DNA of 64,000 bases from Candidatus Heimdallarchaeota archaeon (GTDB lineage: Archaea; Asgardarchaeota; Heimdallarchaeia; JABLTI01), in contig JAHLVW010000059.1 of the NCBI GenBank assembly GCA_019058275.1, forward strand, positions 1 through 64,000, in the 5' to 3' direction. Below the pieces are notes generated by a model. The model did not search any database. It saw only the letters and a list, made by a program, of their open reading frames with translations, and was not told where the DNA came from. Every line of letters starts with the position of its first letter. Position 1 is the first letter of the stretch. The translations under genes were made by a program, and so were the position numbers. Below are positions 29,276-40,573 of the stretch, one piece after another.

Positions 29276-30571
29276 TCAGCTATTTTCAATAACAATTTTA
29301 CCATTCTTAACTACTTTTGATACCAGATTAATTCCAAATTGATAGGATAGGAAATAGTAATTTGGTACATCAAATATTACAATATCTGCTTTTTTACCAA
29401 CTTCTATACTCCCTACTTCATTTTCACGTTGTATTGCGCAAGCTGCATTAATAGTTGCTGCAGTAAGTGCTTCAGCGGGTGACATTTTCATATTGTAGCA
29501 TGATAATACTATGACCATCAACATTGATTCAGTCCAACAGTTTGGATTTAAGTCAGTCGCAATTGCAATTGGTATCCCATATTCTATCATTTTTCTTGCA
29601 GGAGCATAATCCTTTAACATTAAGCAGAAAGGTGTTCCAGGTAAGAGTGTTGCAATTACACCTGCTTTTGCCATTAATTGCAAACCAGAGTCATTAGATT
29701 GTAAAAGATGTCCAGTTTGAACAGCTTTTAATTCAGCAGCTAAAGCAGCACCATTGGTATCAACAATTTCGTCAATGTGTATTATTTTTTCAAGACCGTG
29801 ATTTTCAGCAGCTAACAAAATTCTTCTTGTTTGTTCAATTGAAAATATTCCCTTTTCACAAAATACATCACAAAATTCAGCAAGTCCTTTTTCAGAAATT
29901 TTGGGAATCATATCGGAAATAACCAAATCAACATATTCATCTGTTTTTCCTTTGAATTCTGGAGGGATTGCATGCGCTCCGAGGAATGTTGAAACAACAT
30001 CAATGGGATGAGTATCATTTAGGGTTTTTGCTGCTTCTAATGATTTAATTTCATCTTTGGTTGATAAGCCATAACCAGATTTGGCTTCTACTGTAGTTGT
30101 TCCATGGCGAAGCATTTTATCAAGGATGATTTTGCCATTGAAAACCAAATCATCTATTGATGCTTTCCTTGTCTCCCTAACAGTTTTGAGAATGCCACCA
30201 CCTGCATCTAGTATTTCTAAGTATGTTTTTCCAGCTAATTTCATTGCAAGCTCATTTTCTCTTGAACCTGCAAAAATAAGGTGAACATGCGAATCAATAA
30301 ATCCTGGTGTAACCAACTTATCGCTTGCATCAATTTTCGTTGTACTAGATGTTATTTGTACTTTCTCGAGTAAATCTTTAGTTGATCCAACAAAAGTAAT
30401 TTTGCCATCTTTAACTGCTACAGCACCATCATTAATTATTGCTAACTCTTCCATTTTCTTCCCAATTCTTGGAGCACCAAATTTTCTATCCATGGTGACC
30501 AATTCATGAGCATTCAGGATGACCAAATCAGCTGGTATTTTTTCATTATCCTTATTGGACATTGTACTCAT
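29276..30571 (-). CDS. hutI: Imidazolonepropionase
   Basis: PGFIDSHVHL, GGGILKTV, KSGYGL, FCDVFCE, ATDLNP. Confidence 0.95.
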   Translation of the reverse strand: MSTMSNKDNEKIPADLVILNAHELVTMDRKFGAPRIGKKMEELAIINDGAVAVKDGKITFVGSTKDLLEKVQITSSTTKIDASDKLVTPGFIDSHVHLIFAGSRENELAMKLAGKTYLEILDAGGGILKTVRETRKASIDDLVFNGKIILDKMLRHGTTTVEAKSGYGLSTKDEIKSLEAAKTLNDTHPIDVVSTFLGAHAIPPEFKGKTDEYVDLVISDMIPKISEKGLAEFCDVFCEKGIFSIEQTRRILLAAENHGLEKIIHIDEIVDTNGAALAAELKAVQTGHLLQSNDSGLQLMAKAGVIATLLPGTPFCLMLKDYAPARKMIEYGIPIAIATDLNPNCWTESMLMVIVLSCYNMKMSPAEALTAATINAACAIQRENEVGSIEVGKKADIVIFDVPNYYFLSYQFGINLVSKVVKNGKIVIENS

Positions 30572-30718
30572 TCCACATATTCTCGGTTTTCAATTGATGT
30601 AATCAACACTTAAGAAGATTGCTTTAATCAGAGAAAAAAGATTTAACAAATATTATAAAAAACTAAAATAAGCGAAAAATTGAAAGATAACCATATATCG
30701 CTTTAAGGCAGATGTTAT

Positions 30719-32554
30719 TTGGAGATATTTGTTTTGACAGACCTAAAGAAGGAAATTAAAATTTATGGGCGTCCAATGTATATGGATTTGAAACCAAAGA
30801 AATCCTTAGCAGCTGATGAAAGTACAGAAATCTTACAATGTAAAAATTGGGATGCTGAAGCAGCATTAAGAATGTTATTAAATAATCTACATCCAGAGGT
30901 TGCTCGTAATTGGGAAGAGCTAATTGTATATGGTGGTTCGGGTAGGGCAGCTAGAAACTGGAAGGAATATCACAAGATAATTAGAGCATTAAAAGAGCTT
31001 GAAGCTGATGAAACACTTTGTATTCAATCAGGAAAGCCAGTTTACATTGCTCCAACACATGAGCAAGCTCCTAGAGTTATTATTGCAAACTCAAACCTAG
31101 TTGGTAATTGGGCTACACAAGATCATTTTGATGAGTTAGATCGTTTCGGTCTTATGATGTATGGACAAATGACCGCAGGAAGTTGGATCTATATTGGAAC
31201 TCAAGGCATCTTGCAAGGTACCTATGAAAGCTTTGCTGCAGCTGGAAAAATAGATTTTGGGTCTGATTCATTAGCTGGTAAAATAATACTAACTGCTGGG
31301 ATGGGAGCTATGTCTGGTGCTCAACCAATGGCAGCTACTTTGAATGATGCAGTTATTATTAATGTAGAAATAAAAGAATCTGAAATTGCTCGAAAAGTTA
31401 AGGAGAACTACTGCGACAAAATAACATCTGATCTTGATGAAGCTGTAAAATGGGCTTTTGAAGCAAAAGAAAAGAAAGAACCATTATCAATAGGTCTTGT
31501 TGGAAATGCTGCAGATACACATCCCGAACTGGTACGCCGCGGTATAATTCCAGATATAGTAACAGATCAAACATCGGCTCATGAAGTAAAGAAATATGTT
31601 CCAAGCGGTTATGAAAAGAATTTTGTTGAATTACTTGAAAGCGGGGTTGAAATTAGCGAAGCTGAATATGTTCGTGAATCATTTAAATCAATGGCATTAC
31701 ATGTCAAAGCAATGATAGATATGCAAGAAAAGGGCGCAATTGTCTTCGATTATGGTAATGCTATCAGGAATCAAGTGGAATTGGCTTTAAACATCATAAA
31801 TGGAAAAGCACCTGCAGCAGCTGGCATGACTAAAGAAGACATTAATGATATGAAACAACACTTTACAAAAATAGGTCTTGCAACTGTTAGAAATGACAAA
31901 GGTGGATATGCTTTCCCAGGTTTTGTATTAAAATATGTAAGACCGCTCTTCTGTGAAGGGAAAGGACCATTTAGATGGGCAATTTTATCAGGTAATCCAA
32001 AAGATTTGGCAGCGATAGATGATGCATTAATTTCTACATTTCCAGATGATAAACCACTAGTAAGATGGATTGATCGTGTTCGTGAAAAAGTGCCAATTTT
32101 AGGTCTACCCACAAGAATATGTTGGTTAGGTTATGGCGATCGTGCAAAATTCGGTTTGATTATTAATGATTTGATTAAGGAAGGAACTGTTACTGCACCA
32201 GTTGTCATTGGACGGGATCATTTAGACTGTGGGTCAGTAGCTTCTCCTAGCAGGGAAACTGAAGGTATGAAGGATGGAAGTGATGCTATTGCAGATTGGC
32301 CTTTAATCAACTTTGCATTGAATACAGTTAATGGAGCAAGCTGGGTTTCCTTCCATAATGGTGGTGGTGTAGGAATAGGCAATTCATTACATGCTGGAAT
32401 GGTCATTGTTGCAGATGGAACTAAAGAACGAGCAAAAAGATTGCAAAGAGTATTAACTGTTGATCCGGGAACAGGAATTGCACGTCATGTTGATGCTGGA
32501 TATGATCTTGCATTAAAAGTTGCTAAAGATAGAAAAGTTAAGATTCCCAAATAA
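30719..32554 (+). CDS. hutU: Urocanate hydratase
   Basis: [37 protein letters not shown]. True start probably slightly downstream. Confidence 0.97.
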   Translation: MEIFVLTDLKKEIKIYGRPMYMDLKPKKSLAADESTEILQCKNWDAEAALRMLLNNLHPEVARNWEELIVYGGSGRAARNWKEYHKIIRALKELEADETLCIQSGKPVYIAPTHEQAPRVIIANSNLVGNWATQDHFDELDRFGLMMYGQMTAGSWIYIGTQGILQGTYESFAAAGKIDFGSDSLAGKIILTAGMGAMSGAQPMAATLNDAVIINVEIKESEIARKVKENYCDKITSDLDEAVKWAFEAKEKKEPLSIGLVGNAADTHPELVRRGIIPDIVTDQTSAHEVKKYVPSGYEKNFVELLESGVEISEAEYVRESFKSMALHVKAMIDMQEKGAIVFDYGNAIRNQVELALNIINGKAPAAAGMTKEDINDMKQHFTKIGLATVRNDKGGYAFPGFVLKYVRPLFCEGKGPFRWAILSGNPKDLAAIDDALISTFPDDKPLVRWIDRVREKVPILGLPTRICWLGYGDRAKFGLIINDLIKEGTVTAPVVIGRDHLDCGSVASPSRETEGMKDGSDAIADWPLINFALNTVNGASWVSFHNGGGVGIGNSLHAGMVIVADGTKERAKRLQRVLTVDPGTGIARHVDAGYDLALKVAKDRKVKIPK

Positions 32555-32573
32555 AAAATATCAGGTGTAAAAT

Positions 32574-33365
32574 ATGCTTTTAGATAAATCATCATTCGAT
32601 ATTGATTGTGAGAAAATTTGCAAAAGCGTTGAAAACTTTATCCAAGATATGGTGAAGAATTCGAAAACTAAGGGGGTTGTGGTTGGTCTAAGTGGCGGTA
32701 TTGATTCTGCTGTAGTAATGGTTTTAGCAGTTAGGGCTTTAGGAAAAGAAAAAGTACTTGGATTGATTTTACCAAATGCAAGATTAGATGAGGCTTTTGA
32801 AGATGATGCCACAAAACATGCTAAGCAGCTGGGAATCGAAGTCAAAAAAATTTCTCTAGCAGATTTTGAAGATGCTTTCATAAAAAACATTGACAAAGAA
32901 GTTGCTGAAAATCGACTCGCACTAGGAAATGCTATAGCTCGATTTAGAATGATCTTGCTATATGCATACTCGAATTATTTAAACTACTTAGTAATTGGAA
33001 CTAGTAATAAAACTGAGATTAAGGTGGGTTATATCACCAAATATGGGGATGGTGGCATTGATTTTGAACCATGTGGAGATTTATACAAAACTCAGATTCG
33101 TGTTCTTGCAAAGTATTTAGATATTCCAGAAGAAATTATAACGAAAGCACCTACAGCTGGTTTATGGGAAGGACAAACAGATGAAGGTGAAATGGGAATT
33201 TCGTATGATAATTTAGATCTCATTTTACTTGCAATAGAGAAAGGATATACCAAAGATCAGATAGTCGAAGAATTACAATTAGAGAAAGCATTAATAGAGA
33301 AAGTTGAAAAGATGATCAAGAACTCTGAACACAAAAGAAAAATGCCACCAATTCTAGATCATTAA
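32574..33365 (+). CDS. nadE: NH3-dependent NAD+ synthetase
   Basis: GLSGGIDSA, TKYGDG, PTAGLWEGQTDE. Confidence 0.95.
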   Translation: MLLDKSSFDIDCEKICKSVENFIQDMVKNSKTKGVVVGLSGGIDSAVVMVLAVRALGKEKVLGLILPNARLDEAFEDDATKHAKQLGIEVKKISLADFEDAFIKNIDKEVAENRLALGNAIARFRMILLYAYSNYLNYLVIGTSNKTEIKVGYITKYGDGGIDFEPCGDLYKTQIRVLAKYLDIPEEIITKAPTAGLWEGQTDEGEMGISYDNLDLILLAIEKGYTKDQIVEELQLEKALIEKVEKMIKNSEHKRKMPPILDH

Positions 33366-33468
33366 TCTAGTTAATTATCAAACTTTCTGATATTATTTAA
33401 AAACATAGAATAAATGACTTTTTAGAGGAAAGTTGTACAGTTCCATGTAGATAGAAGGAAGATTAACA

Positions 33469-34185
33469 TTGGTAAAAGGAATTATCAAACCAATTGCACT
33501 TGAAGAGCTTATCTTTGGACAGATAGTAAATTTTCAGCAACCACCAACAGATCTTATACATATTTTTGGTGAAGCAGGCTCTGGTAAAACAACATTAGCA
33601 TTACAATTAGCTATTGGTTTCTGTGATAATGGAAAGAAAGTTGTCTTTATTGATACAGAAGGTAAAGTAACTGGTTCTAAAATAAAAGATCTAGCTCCCA
33701 ATAAAGATTTCTTAAGAATTAATAGTCTGCTAAAACTACATATTCTTTCTAATTTTGATGAGCAAAATTCATTGATTTGTTCTCTTGAACACTTCCTGAA
33801 GAATCAAGAACTTGGATTACTTATTATCGACACGATAACTAACTTATATCGACAGGAAGTAAATTATGGGAAAAACAAGAAAAGTAATTATGAAAAATTA
33901 GCTTTTCAAGTAGCACTTTTAAGGAAAATATCAAGTGACTGTAAATTTCCAGTAATTCTATTCAATCAAGCAACTATGTATAAGGCTGATGAAACAGATA
34001 TAATAGCTAATCTTCGTCGAGAAAAAGTAAATCCTGTAGCAAGAGCCATAATGACTTATTGGACTGATCGAGAGATTATTTTAGTTTCACATGGATGGGG
34101 TAATTATGAAGCAAGAGTCCCAAGTGAATTTAAGGGAAGAGTTAAATTTAGAATTGATACAAAAGGAATTGTTCCAGTAGAATAG
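33469..34185 (+). CDS. radB: RadB-like RecA-family ATPase
   Basis: GEAGSGKT, FIDTEG, IIDTITNLYR, NQ; lacks the RadA N-terminal domain. Confidence 0.7.
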   Translation: MVKGIIKPIALEELIFGQIVNFQQPPTDLIHIFGEAGSGKTTLALQLAIGFCDNGKKVVFIDTEGKVTGSKIKDLAPNKDFLRINSLLKLHILSNFDEQNSLICSLEHFLKNQELGLLIIDTITNLYRQEVNYGKNKKSNYEKLAFQVALLRKISSDCKFPVILFNQATMYKADETDIIANLRREKVNPVARAIMTYWTDREIILVSHGWGNYEARVPSEFKGRVKFRIDTKGIVPVE

Positions 34186-34208
34186 TAAGTAAATAGTAGT
34201 GAATTAGC

Positions 34209-35207
34209 ATGTCTAATGAAATCGAACAATCTGAAGATTTTACCGACGATCCAGAAGTTCTCGAATTACAGAAAAAACTCACAGGTATGAGTAAGGATGT
34301 AATGAAGAAAACAACTGATGGTTTACGTACTGAAATATCACAGATCTCCTCGAAAATAAGTCAGCTAAAGAAGAAGAGAGAGGAGCACAATTCACAAGCA
34401 AGACACTACCGAAGTATGAGAGATAATGTTTCTGATGAAAAGTTTACTCAAATTGAGCATTTAAGAGAAGAAGCAGATAAAGAAAAGAATCAAAGAGATG
34501 AATGTAATGAGAAAATCAGAACAAATAAACAACGAAGAGAGGATCTGAAAGAGAATATTAGAGCTGCTTGGGATAAAGTAAAGGAATTAAAAGCTAAATA
34601 CTATAAAATGAAAGATGAAGTTGGAGTGTTGCCTGAAGATATTACTAACGAAATTAGGGATCTTGAATGGAAACAACAAACAACTACTATGAGTCCCGAT
34701 GATGATGCAGAATTAACAAAGCGAATTACTGAATTATATGTAAAGGCATACACAGCTCATATGATAGGATTTTCATCTGAAGAGTTAGAACAAGCTATTG
34801 AGACAGCAAAACAATTATCAGAAGAACATGATACTGCTCATCAAAATGTAGTTCATTTTGCTGAAGAAGGACAAAAACATCACCAAAGAATGTTGAATCT
34901 CTACAAAGAGCTTGATGAAGTCCGTTCTAGTGGTGGTGGATTACATGGTAAATATCTCGAGGCTAGACAAGCAGCAGATATTGCTCATCAGAGAATAGTA
35001 GAATTATATGAGAAAATAAAGCTAAATCAACATATGATGGATATGATTGATGAGGAGCAAATAAGAAGAAGACAGGAAAAATCCTTAAAACTAAAACAGG
35101 AAAAAATTGTAGAAACTAAAAAGAAACAAGCCTCGAGTAAAAGAATGACTTTAGATGAACTTAAGCTTTTGATGGGTGAGGATGAGGAAGAAGAAGAAAT
35201 GGAATAG
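34209..35207 (+). CDS. Archaeal long coiled-coil protein (COG1340-like)
   Basis: Heptad-rich; LEWKQQTT, ADIAHQ, KRMTLDEL. Confidence 0.7.
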   Translation: MSNEIEQSEDFTDDPEVLELQKKLTGMSKDVMKKTTDGLRTEISQISSKISQLKKKREEHNSQARHYRSMRDNVSDEKFTQIEHLREEADKEKNQRDECNEKIRTNKQRREDLKENIRAAWDKVKELKAKYYKMKDEVGVLPEDITNEIRDLEWKQQTTTMSPDDDAELTKRITELYVKAYTAHMIGFSSEELEQAIETAKQLSEEHDTAHQNVVHFAEEGQKHHQRMLNLYKELDEVRSSGGGLHGKYLEARQAADIAHQRIVELYEKIKLNQHMMDMIDEEQIRRRQEKSLKLKQEKIVETKKKQASSKRMTLDELKLLMGEDEEEEEME

Positions 35208-35271
35208 AATTCTTATTCCAACGCAAAATTATTGAATAAAGTAATTTGGTTATGCAAAAGAATACTAGATT

Positions 35272-37137
35272 GTGGTAAGTGATATGACTAGAATAGCTAT
35301 CGTTGAAAGGGCAAAATGCAATAAGAAAAAATGTGCTCTTGAGTGTATAAAATTCTGTCCAGTAAATCGAACATCTGATGAACCATGTGTAGATATAGAT
35401 GAGAAAACAGGAAAAGCAAAAATCATTGAAATCTTGTGTACTGGTTGTGGTATTTGTATAAAGAAATGTCCTAGAACAGCTATTCAAATAATTAACTTGC
35501 CAGATGAACTTGAATCAGATCTTGTTCACCGTTATGGACGAAATGGGTTCAAGCTTTATCGATTGCCTAAGCCAAAACCGGGACAAGTATTAGGATTAAT
35601 TGGTCAAAATGGTGCTGGTAAATCCACTTCTTTGAAAATCTTATCTGGACAATTGAAACCAAACCTAGGAAAATGGGATGATCCACCAGATTGGTCAGAA
35701 ATTATAGATTATTTTAAGGGATCTGAACTTCAGAACTACTTTGATGCTATGCAAAATGATGAACTTCTTACTGCTGCAAAACCACAGGAAATAAGTGGAT
35801 TACCTCAAGTTACGAAAGGTATTGTTAAAGACCTAATAACAAAAGTCGATGATAAAGGAATGATAGATGAAGTAAAGCCGTTACTGAATCTCGACAAGTT
35901 CTGGGAAAGAGAGCTAAAAGTTCTTAGTGGTGGGGAATTGCAAAGGGTTGCTATAGCAGCAACAATAGTTAAAGATGCAGATGTTTACTTGTTTGACGAA
36001 CCTTCAAGTTTTCTAGATGTAAAAGAAAGAATGAATGCAGCGAAAGCAATTCGAACACTAATAGCAGATGACAAATATGTACTAAACGTAGAACATGATT
36101 TAGCTGTTTGTGATGCAATTAGTGATCAGATTAGTATGTATTACGGGTCACCTGGAGGGTATGGAATTGTTACTCATCCAAAAGGTGTTAGAGATGGAAT
36201 CAACGTCTTCTTAGAAGGTTTTATCCCTGATGAAAATATGAGATTTAGAGATTATGCTATAACTTTTAGTCGAACACCAGCTCCTACAGAAGCAAGTACA
36301 AGTCATAAGATTGCGCTAAGATATGGTAATTTTAGTAAGGATTTTAACGGTTTCAAATTCAGTGCAAAAGCAAGTAATATACATAGTGCTGAAGTTATAG
36401 GAATTATTGGACCAAATGGAATTGGGAAAACTACTTTTGCTAAAATTCTTGCAGGAGATGAAACTCCAACTACAGGCGAAGTTATACTAGACAAGGAAAT
36501 GAAGAAGAAACCTCTAAAAGAGAAGGAAGAGAAAGAGGGAATTAAAATTGGTCACAAACCTCAATATATAACGATTGATTTTAAAGGAACAGTTGAGGAA
36601 TTCTTCTATTTAATAAATAATACATTACTGAGAGATCCATGGACAAGAGCTGAAATCATACGACCATTGCAAATTGAAACCTTACTTCAAAGAAATGTAA
36701 GTGATCTAAGTGGTGGTGAACTTCAAAAAATCGCTATTGCTGGAACTCTAGCACAAGATTGTGACATGTACCTTTTAGACGAACCAAGCGCTTTTCTTGA
36801 CTCTGAAACAAGAATGGTTGTTGCTAAAGTTATACAAAAGATTGTTCGGTCAAAAACCAAGGCAGCATTTATAATCGACCATGATTTGATGTTTATTGAT
36901 TATTTAAGTGATAGTCTAATGGTTTTTGAAGGTGAACCCGGAACTAAAGGAAAGGCTAAATCTCCAGGTAGTTTAAGACGAGGTATGAATCGTTTTCTAA
37001 AAACTGTAGATATTACTTTTAGAAGAGATAAAGTAAGCGGTAGACCTAGAGTCAATAAAAAAGATTCTAGACTAGATAGAGCACAAAGAGATATTGGTGA
37101 ATTTTATTACGTGCCTACAACATTAGAAAAGGAATAA
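35272..37137 (+). CDS. rli: Ribosome recycling ATPase ABCE1/RLI1
   Basis: N-terminal Fe-S Cys clusters, two ABC domains, C-terminal TFRRD...RPRVNK. Confidence 0.97.
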   Translation: MVSDMTRIAIVERAKCNKKKCALECIKFCPVNRTSDEPCVDIDEKTGKAKIIEILCTGCGICIKKCPRTAIQIINLPDELESDLVHRYGRNGFKLYRLPKPKPGQVLGLIGQNGAGKSTSLKILSGQLKPNLGKWDDPPDWSEIIDYFKGSELQNYFDAMQNDELLTAAKPQEISGLPQVTKGIVKDLITKVDDKGMIDEVKPLLNLDKFWERELKVLSGGELQRVAIAATIVKDADVYLFDEPSSFLDVKERMNAAKAIRTLIADDKYVLNVEHDLAVCDAISDQISMYYGSPGGYGIVTHPKGVRDGINVFLEGFIPDENMRFRDYAITFSRTPAPTEASTSHKIALRYGNFSKDFNGFKFSAKASNIHSAEVIGIIGPNGIGKTTFAKILAGDETPTTGEVILDKEMKKKPLKEKEEKEGIKIGHKPQYITIDFKGTVEEFFYLINNTLLRDPWTRAEIIRPLQIETLLQRNVSDLSGGELQKIAIAGTLAQDCDMYLLDEPSAFLDSETRMVVAKVIQKIVRSKTKAAFIIDHDLMFIDYLSDSLMVFEGEPGTKGKAKSPGSLRRGMNRFLKTVDITFRRDKVSGRPRVNKKDSRLDRAQRDIGEFYYVPTTLEKE

Positions 37138-37245
37138 GGTATGCTTCATTTCTTAGTTTACTTTATTTATTGAAAAATGAAATATTATACAAAACAGAAC
37201 AATAAGCTCAAAAAGAATTCTAAGCAATACTTATGTGGTGATATC

Positions 37246-38136
37246 ATGTTAAAATGTCTTGTAGTTGGTGGAGCAGGATTTATTGGTTCAAATCTTGTAG
37301 AAAAATTGGTTGAAAACAAACATGATGTTGTCGTTATTGATAATTTATTCTTTGGAACAAAAGACAATCTAAAAGCTGTAGAAGATAAAATACAATTTTA
37401 CCAAACCGATCTCACTAAAGCTCATAAGAATTCATTATTCCAAGATAAGAAGTTTGATTTTGTTTTTCTTATGGGAAACTACTCTTCAGCACCAATGTTT
37501 TATACGGACACTCGAGATCGAATCGATGAAACACTAAAGGATTTTCTTTACGCATTAGAATTAGCAAAGGACAATAAAGCTAAATTCATTTACGCATCAT
37601 CTTCCAGCATCCAAGGACCAAGAACATATTATTCAGGCATTAGAGAAACCTATGAAATTTTAGCTTCAATGTACTATGTAGAGACCGGATTAAATAGCAT
37701 TGGATTTAGATTTTTCAGTATTTATGGTGGAGACAAGTACCATGAAACACACAAGACAAAATATGCCAATGTGATAAGTCAGTTTTATTGGAAATTCAAA
37801 GAAGGGAAGAATTTTGAGATCTTTGGCGATGGGTCACAATCAAGAGATTTCATTCATGTACTAGATGTTGTTGAAGCAACGGTCAAAGCTATGGAATATG
37901 ATAAACCAGGTGCCTTTGTGTTTGAAGTTGGTACTGAAATTGATCATTCTTTTAATGATATATTTCAAATGCTTACAAAGGTAATGAAACTTGATTTTAA
38001 ACAGATTTATATTGAAAATCCTATCAAGAATTACGTACAAAAAACATTATCAACTGAAAGCAAAGAAACAATGAAAGAGCTAAACTGGAAACCAAAGATA
38101 AGTCTCAAAGATGGGATTTCAATGATGGTAGACTAA
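37246..38136 (+). CDS. NAD-dependent epimerase/dehydratase (extended SDR)
   Basis: GGAGFIGS, YASSSS, GDGSQSRDFIHV; YxxxK appears as YxxxR. Confidence 0.88.
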   Translation: MLKCLVVGGAGFIGSNLVEKLVENKHDVVVIDNLFFGTKDNLKAVEDKIQFYQTDLTKAHKNSLFQDKKFDFVFLMGNYSSAPMFYTDTRDRIDETLKDFLYALELAKDNKAKFIYASSSSIQGPRTYYSGIRETYEILASMYYVETGLNSIGFRFFSIYGGDKYHETHKTKYANVISQFYWKFKEGKNFEIFGDGSQSRDFIHVLDVVEATVKAMEYDKPGAFVFEVGTEIDHSFNDIFQMLTKVMKLDFKQIYIENPIKNYVQKTLSTESKETMKELNWKPKISLKDGISMMVD

Positions 38137-39125
38137 GTTTTTAATGAGCTCTTTTTTAGCATCTCAATATTTATTTTGCCAGCTGTAAGTAATTTACCCG
38201 TTCTGAGATTATTTACTGTAAGTTTTGCAGGTGCAAAAAGAGCGGGATCTATTTTATAGAAATCACCTTTTACCTCTTTAACAACATCATAAAATAATGA
38301 ACCATAACTGGAGGAAGAAGAGGAGGCTGCTTGATTTATGAATTCGGTTAGTTCATCTTCATTCTTGTAGTCTACTTGTAGATATACATCAGCACCGTAA
38401 ATTAGCATATCATTAGTTCGACCCAACATGAGATCTGATTTTCTTGTTGAAACTGGAGCTATTGGAGCTGTTCCGCAAGCAGAAACAATAGAAGTAACGT
38501 CCATACCCAAGTCAAATAATTTGTGAATTGCAGTTTCAACAGATCTGCCAGAAACCTGTGTTGATCCTGCGACACTGGTAGTTGGTGTAATAATTATGCA
38601 TAACCCATCGAGTTTAATTTTACATTTTTCAGCAATATAGTTCATAATTGATTCAGGTGGATATTGATTTGTTTCCAAAACTATTACTGTTTCATCATGA
38701 GTTTCATGAATTTGAATTTTTTCAAAAATATGCTTAGGTTTCTTTGCTAGAATTCTTGCAGGACCACTTGCCATTGCATGGTAGTTATCCTTATTTATTG
38801 ACCAGCCAGCAAATTGAGAAGCCATTGTTGATTCTATTGGAAAATCAGTTACTACGGTAATTGTTGGGAAAACTAAATTTTCATCATAGTTTTTTAGACC
38901 GAGTGAAACCTCTGATAAACCACCCATGCATACTTGAGTGATATACTCACCAGCTAGAAATCCACCAACAGCATTTAGTCCAAGATCGAAGATGGTTGGC
39001 CCAAGATCGAGTTCATTCATAACACCTCTAAGTAATTCTTCCATCTCCAACATTTCATCGAAAAGATCTACTACAGCTTTGTTTATGTTGGTTTCTTTCT
39101 GCTTTTTATTAGACATAAGTATCAC
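38133..39125 (-). CDS. mch: Methenyl-H4MPT cyclohydrolase
   Basis: CMGGL, SQFAGW, SGPAR, AGSTQVSGRSVE, GRTND, FYKIDPALFAPA. Confidence 0.93.
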   Translation of the reverse strand: MILMSNKKQKETNINKAVVDLFDEMLEMEELLRGVMNELDLGPTIFDLGLNAVGGFLAGEYITQVCMGGLSEVSLGLKNYDENLVFPTITVVTDFPIESTMASQFAGWSINKDNYHAMASGPARILAKKPKHIFEKIQIHETHDETVIVLETNQYPPESIMNYIAEKCKIKLDGLCIIITPTTSVAGSTQVSGRSVETAIHKLFDLGMDVTSIVSACGTAPIAPVSTRKSDLMLGRTNDMLIYGADVYLQVDYKNEDELTEFINQAASSSSSSYGSLFYDVVKEVKGDFYKIDPALFAPAKLTVNNLRTGKLLTAGKINIEMLKKSSLKT

Positions 39126-39142
39126 CCATTTAGTATAACCAA

Positions 39143-40039
39143 TTAGTTTTTGATAAGATCTTTAAGGTTAATTTTTACACTACCCAATTCACCATTGAAA
39201 TTTGAGCTGGTAATTTGGAGCATATGTTTGTTATCTTTTAGTGTAGTAATTGCTTCACTCATAGCTTTTCTTAATTCATTCTCAGAAACAGCATTTATTA
39301 CAATTTCATAAACACACTTTGCATTTTTTGGTAATAAACTATCATCTACAATACCAACAAGTGAAGGACAGAATTGATGATTTGATGATTCATTTAAGAA
39401 TGAATATTTTGAGCCAATTTTTGATCCTGATCTACAAATACCCGATGGAAAGGAAGTAATCGCTTTTGCAGATGATTCATGAATTGCTTTTACTGCAGCT
39501 CTTGCAGCAGCTAAAGTATCCTTTTCAGATGTTCCAATAATAACAATTAAACCTCCAGCAACTCCCTTCGCAAAATTAAAGGTTTCTTCAATATGAAAAA
39601 GTCCATCCATTACAGGAATTTCCCACAAATCTCGATTGTATTTCTTAATCTTCTTTTGATGACCATCACCAAAATATGAAATCAGTTTTCCAATTAGTTC
39701 ACTTTTTGGACCTTCTTCCAGCATGTTAAATACTCGAGTAGTAGGTGCAGTCATGGCACATTGTGAAATTCGTGCAAGTATTTCATCTTTCATCTTTTTA
39801 CTTCTTCGAGTCCAGATTTGTATAAGAACACCAGGTCTCCCATCAGGCGTTTGATCAGCAAGCATTATTTTCTCTATCCCAGCTTCAGCAGAACACAATA
39901 TTATACTTGTAGCAAAACCAACTGTGCTTCTTGCAGCAGCTAAAGCAAGCTCCTCATCAATAGCAGTTATAAGTATCCTTGAATACCACATTTCAAAACA
40001 TTCTGAAAATGTATCCTTTACCTCGACCATTTCAACCAT
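39143..40039 (-). CDS. ftr: Formylmethanofuran:H4MPT formyltransferase
   Basis: DTFSECF, GFATSIILCSAEAG, TPDGRPG, FGDG, GVAGG, SGSK, YEIVIN. Confidence 0.92.
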   Translation of the reverse strand: MVEMVEVKDTFSECFEMWYSRILITAIDEELALAAARSTVGFATSIILCSAEAGIEKIMLADQTPDGRPGVLIQIWTRRSKKMKDEILARISQCAMTAPTTRVFNMLEEGPKSELIGKLISYFGDGHQKKIKKYNRDLWEIPVMDGLFHIEETFNFAKGVAGGLIVIIGTSEKDTLAAARAAVKAIHESSAKAITSFPSGICRSGSKIGSKYSFLNESSNHQFCPSLVGIVDDSLLPKNAKCVYEIVINAVSENELRKAMSEAITTLKDNKHMLQITSSNFNGELGSVKINLKDLIKN

Positions 40040-40502
40040 CTCGTTTTTTTCTTCTTTTTCTTTTTGCGTGTTTCTTATGGGCCAATATGTGATCATTAAA
40101 TGCCTTTTGCCATCGATGTTCATGAATTATAGGTAGAACTCCCAATGTACAAATACCAAAGACCAGAAAAACAACAACAGCCTCGTATGCAACAGTACAA
40201 TTTTCTTTACCACGAATATTGGATGTAGCTATATGTTCATGCAATAATTGATATTTAACGTAAATCGGATAAATAGGAAACAGGATCAAAAAAATAATCA
40301 TAGTTGGAGGATTAATCTTAGTAGGATAAGATTCTGCTTCTACTTCAAAAGCTCTTTTGAAATGCTCATCTAAATCTCTGAACAACCAAAAAAGATAGAA
40401 GAAATAGTAAATGCCAAATGTCAGTAGAGAAAAGAAAACCACTCTACCATATTTCCTTATTGAACCATAACTTTGGATATTAATCATAATATCTACCAAC
40501 AT
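40032..40502 (-). CDS. DUF4234-like membrane protein
   Basis: LLTFGIYYFFYLF and GICTLG...WQ repeats. Confidence 0.6.
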   Translation of the reverse strand: MLVDIMINIQSYGSIRKYGRVVFFSLLTFGIYYFFYLFWLFRDLDEHFKRAFEVEAESYPTKINPPTMIIFLILFPIYPIYVKYQLLHEHIATSNIRGKENCTVAYEAVVVFLVFGICTLGVLPIIHEHRWQKAFNDHILAHKKHAKRKRRKKRDG

Positions 40503-40573
40503 TTATCGTTAACATATATAATTAAAGAAAAAAGTATGTGAATCTTTTTCCTTGATTTACTATTTTTTTAATT

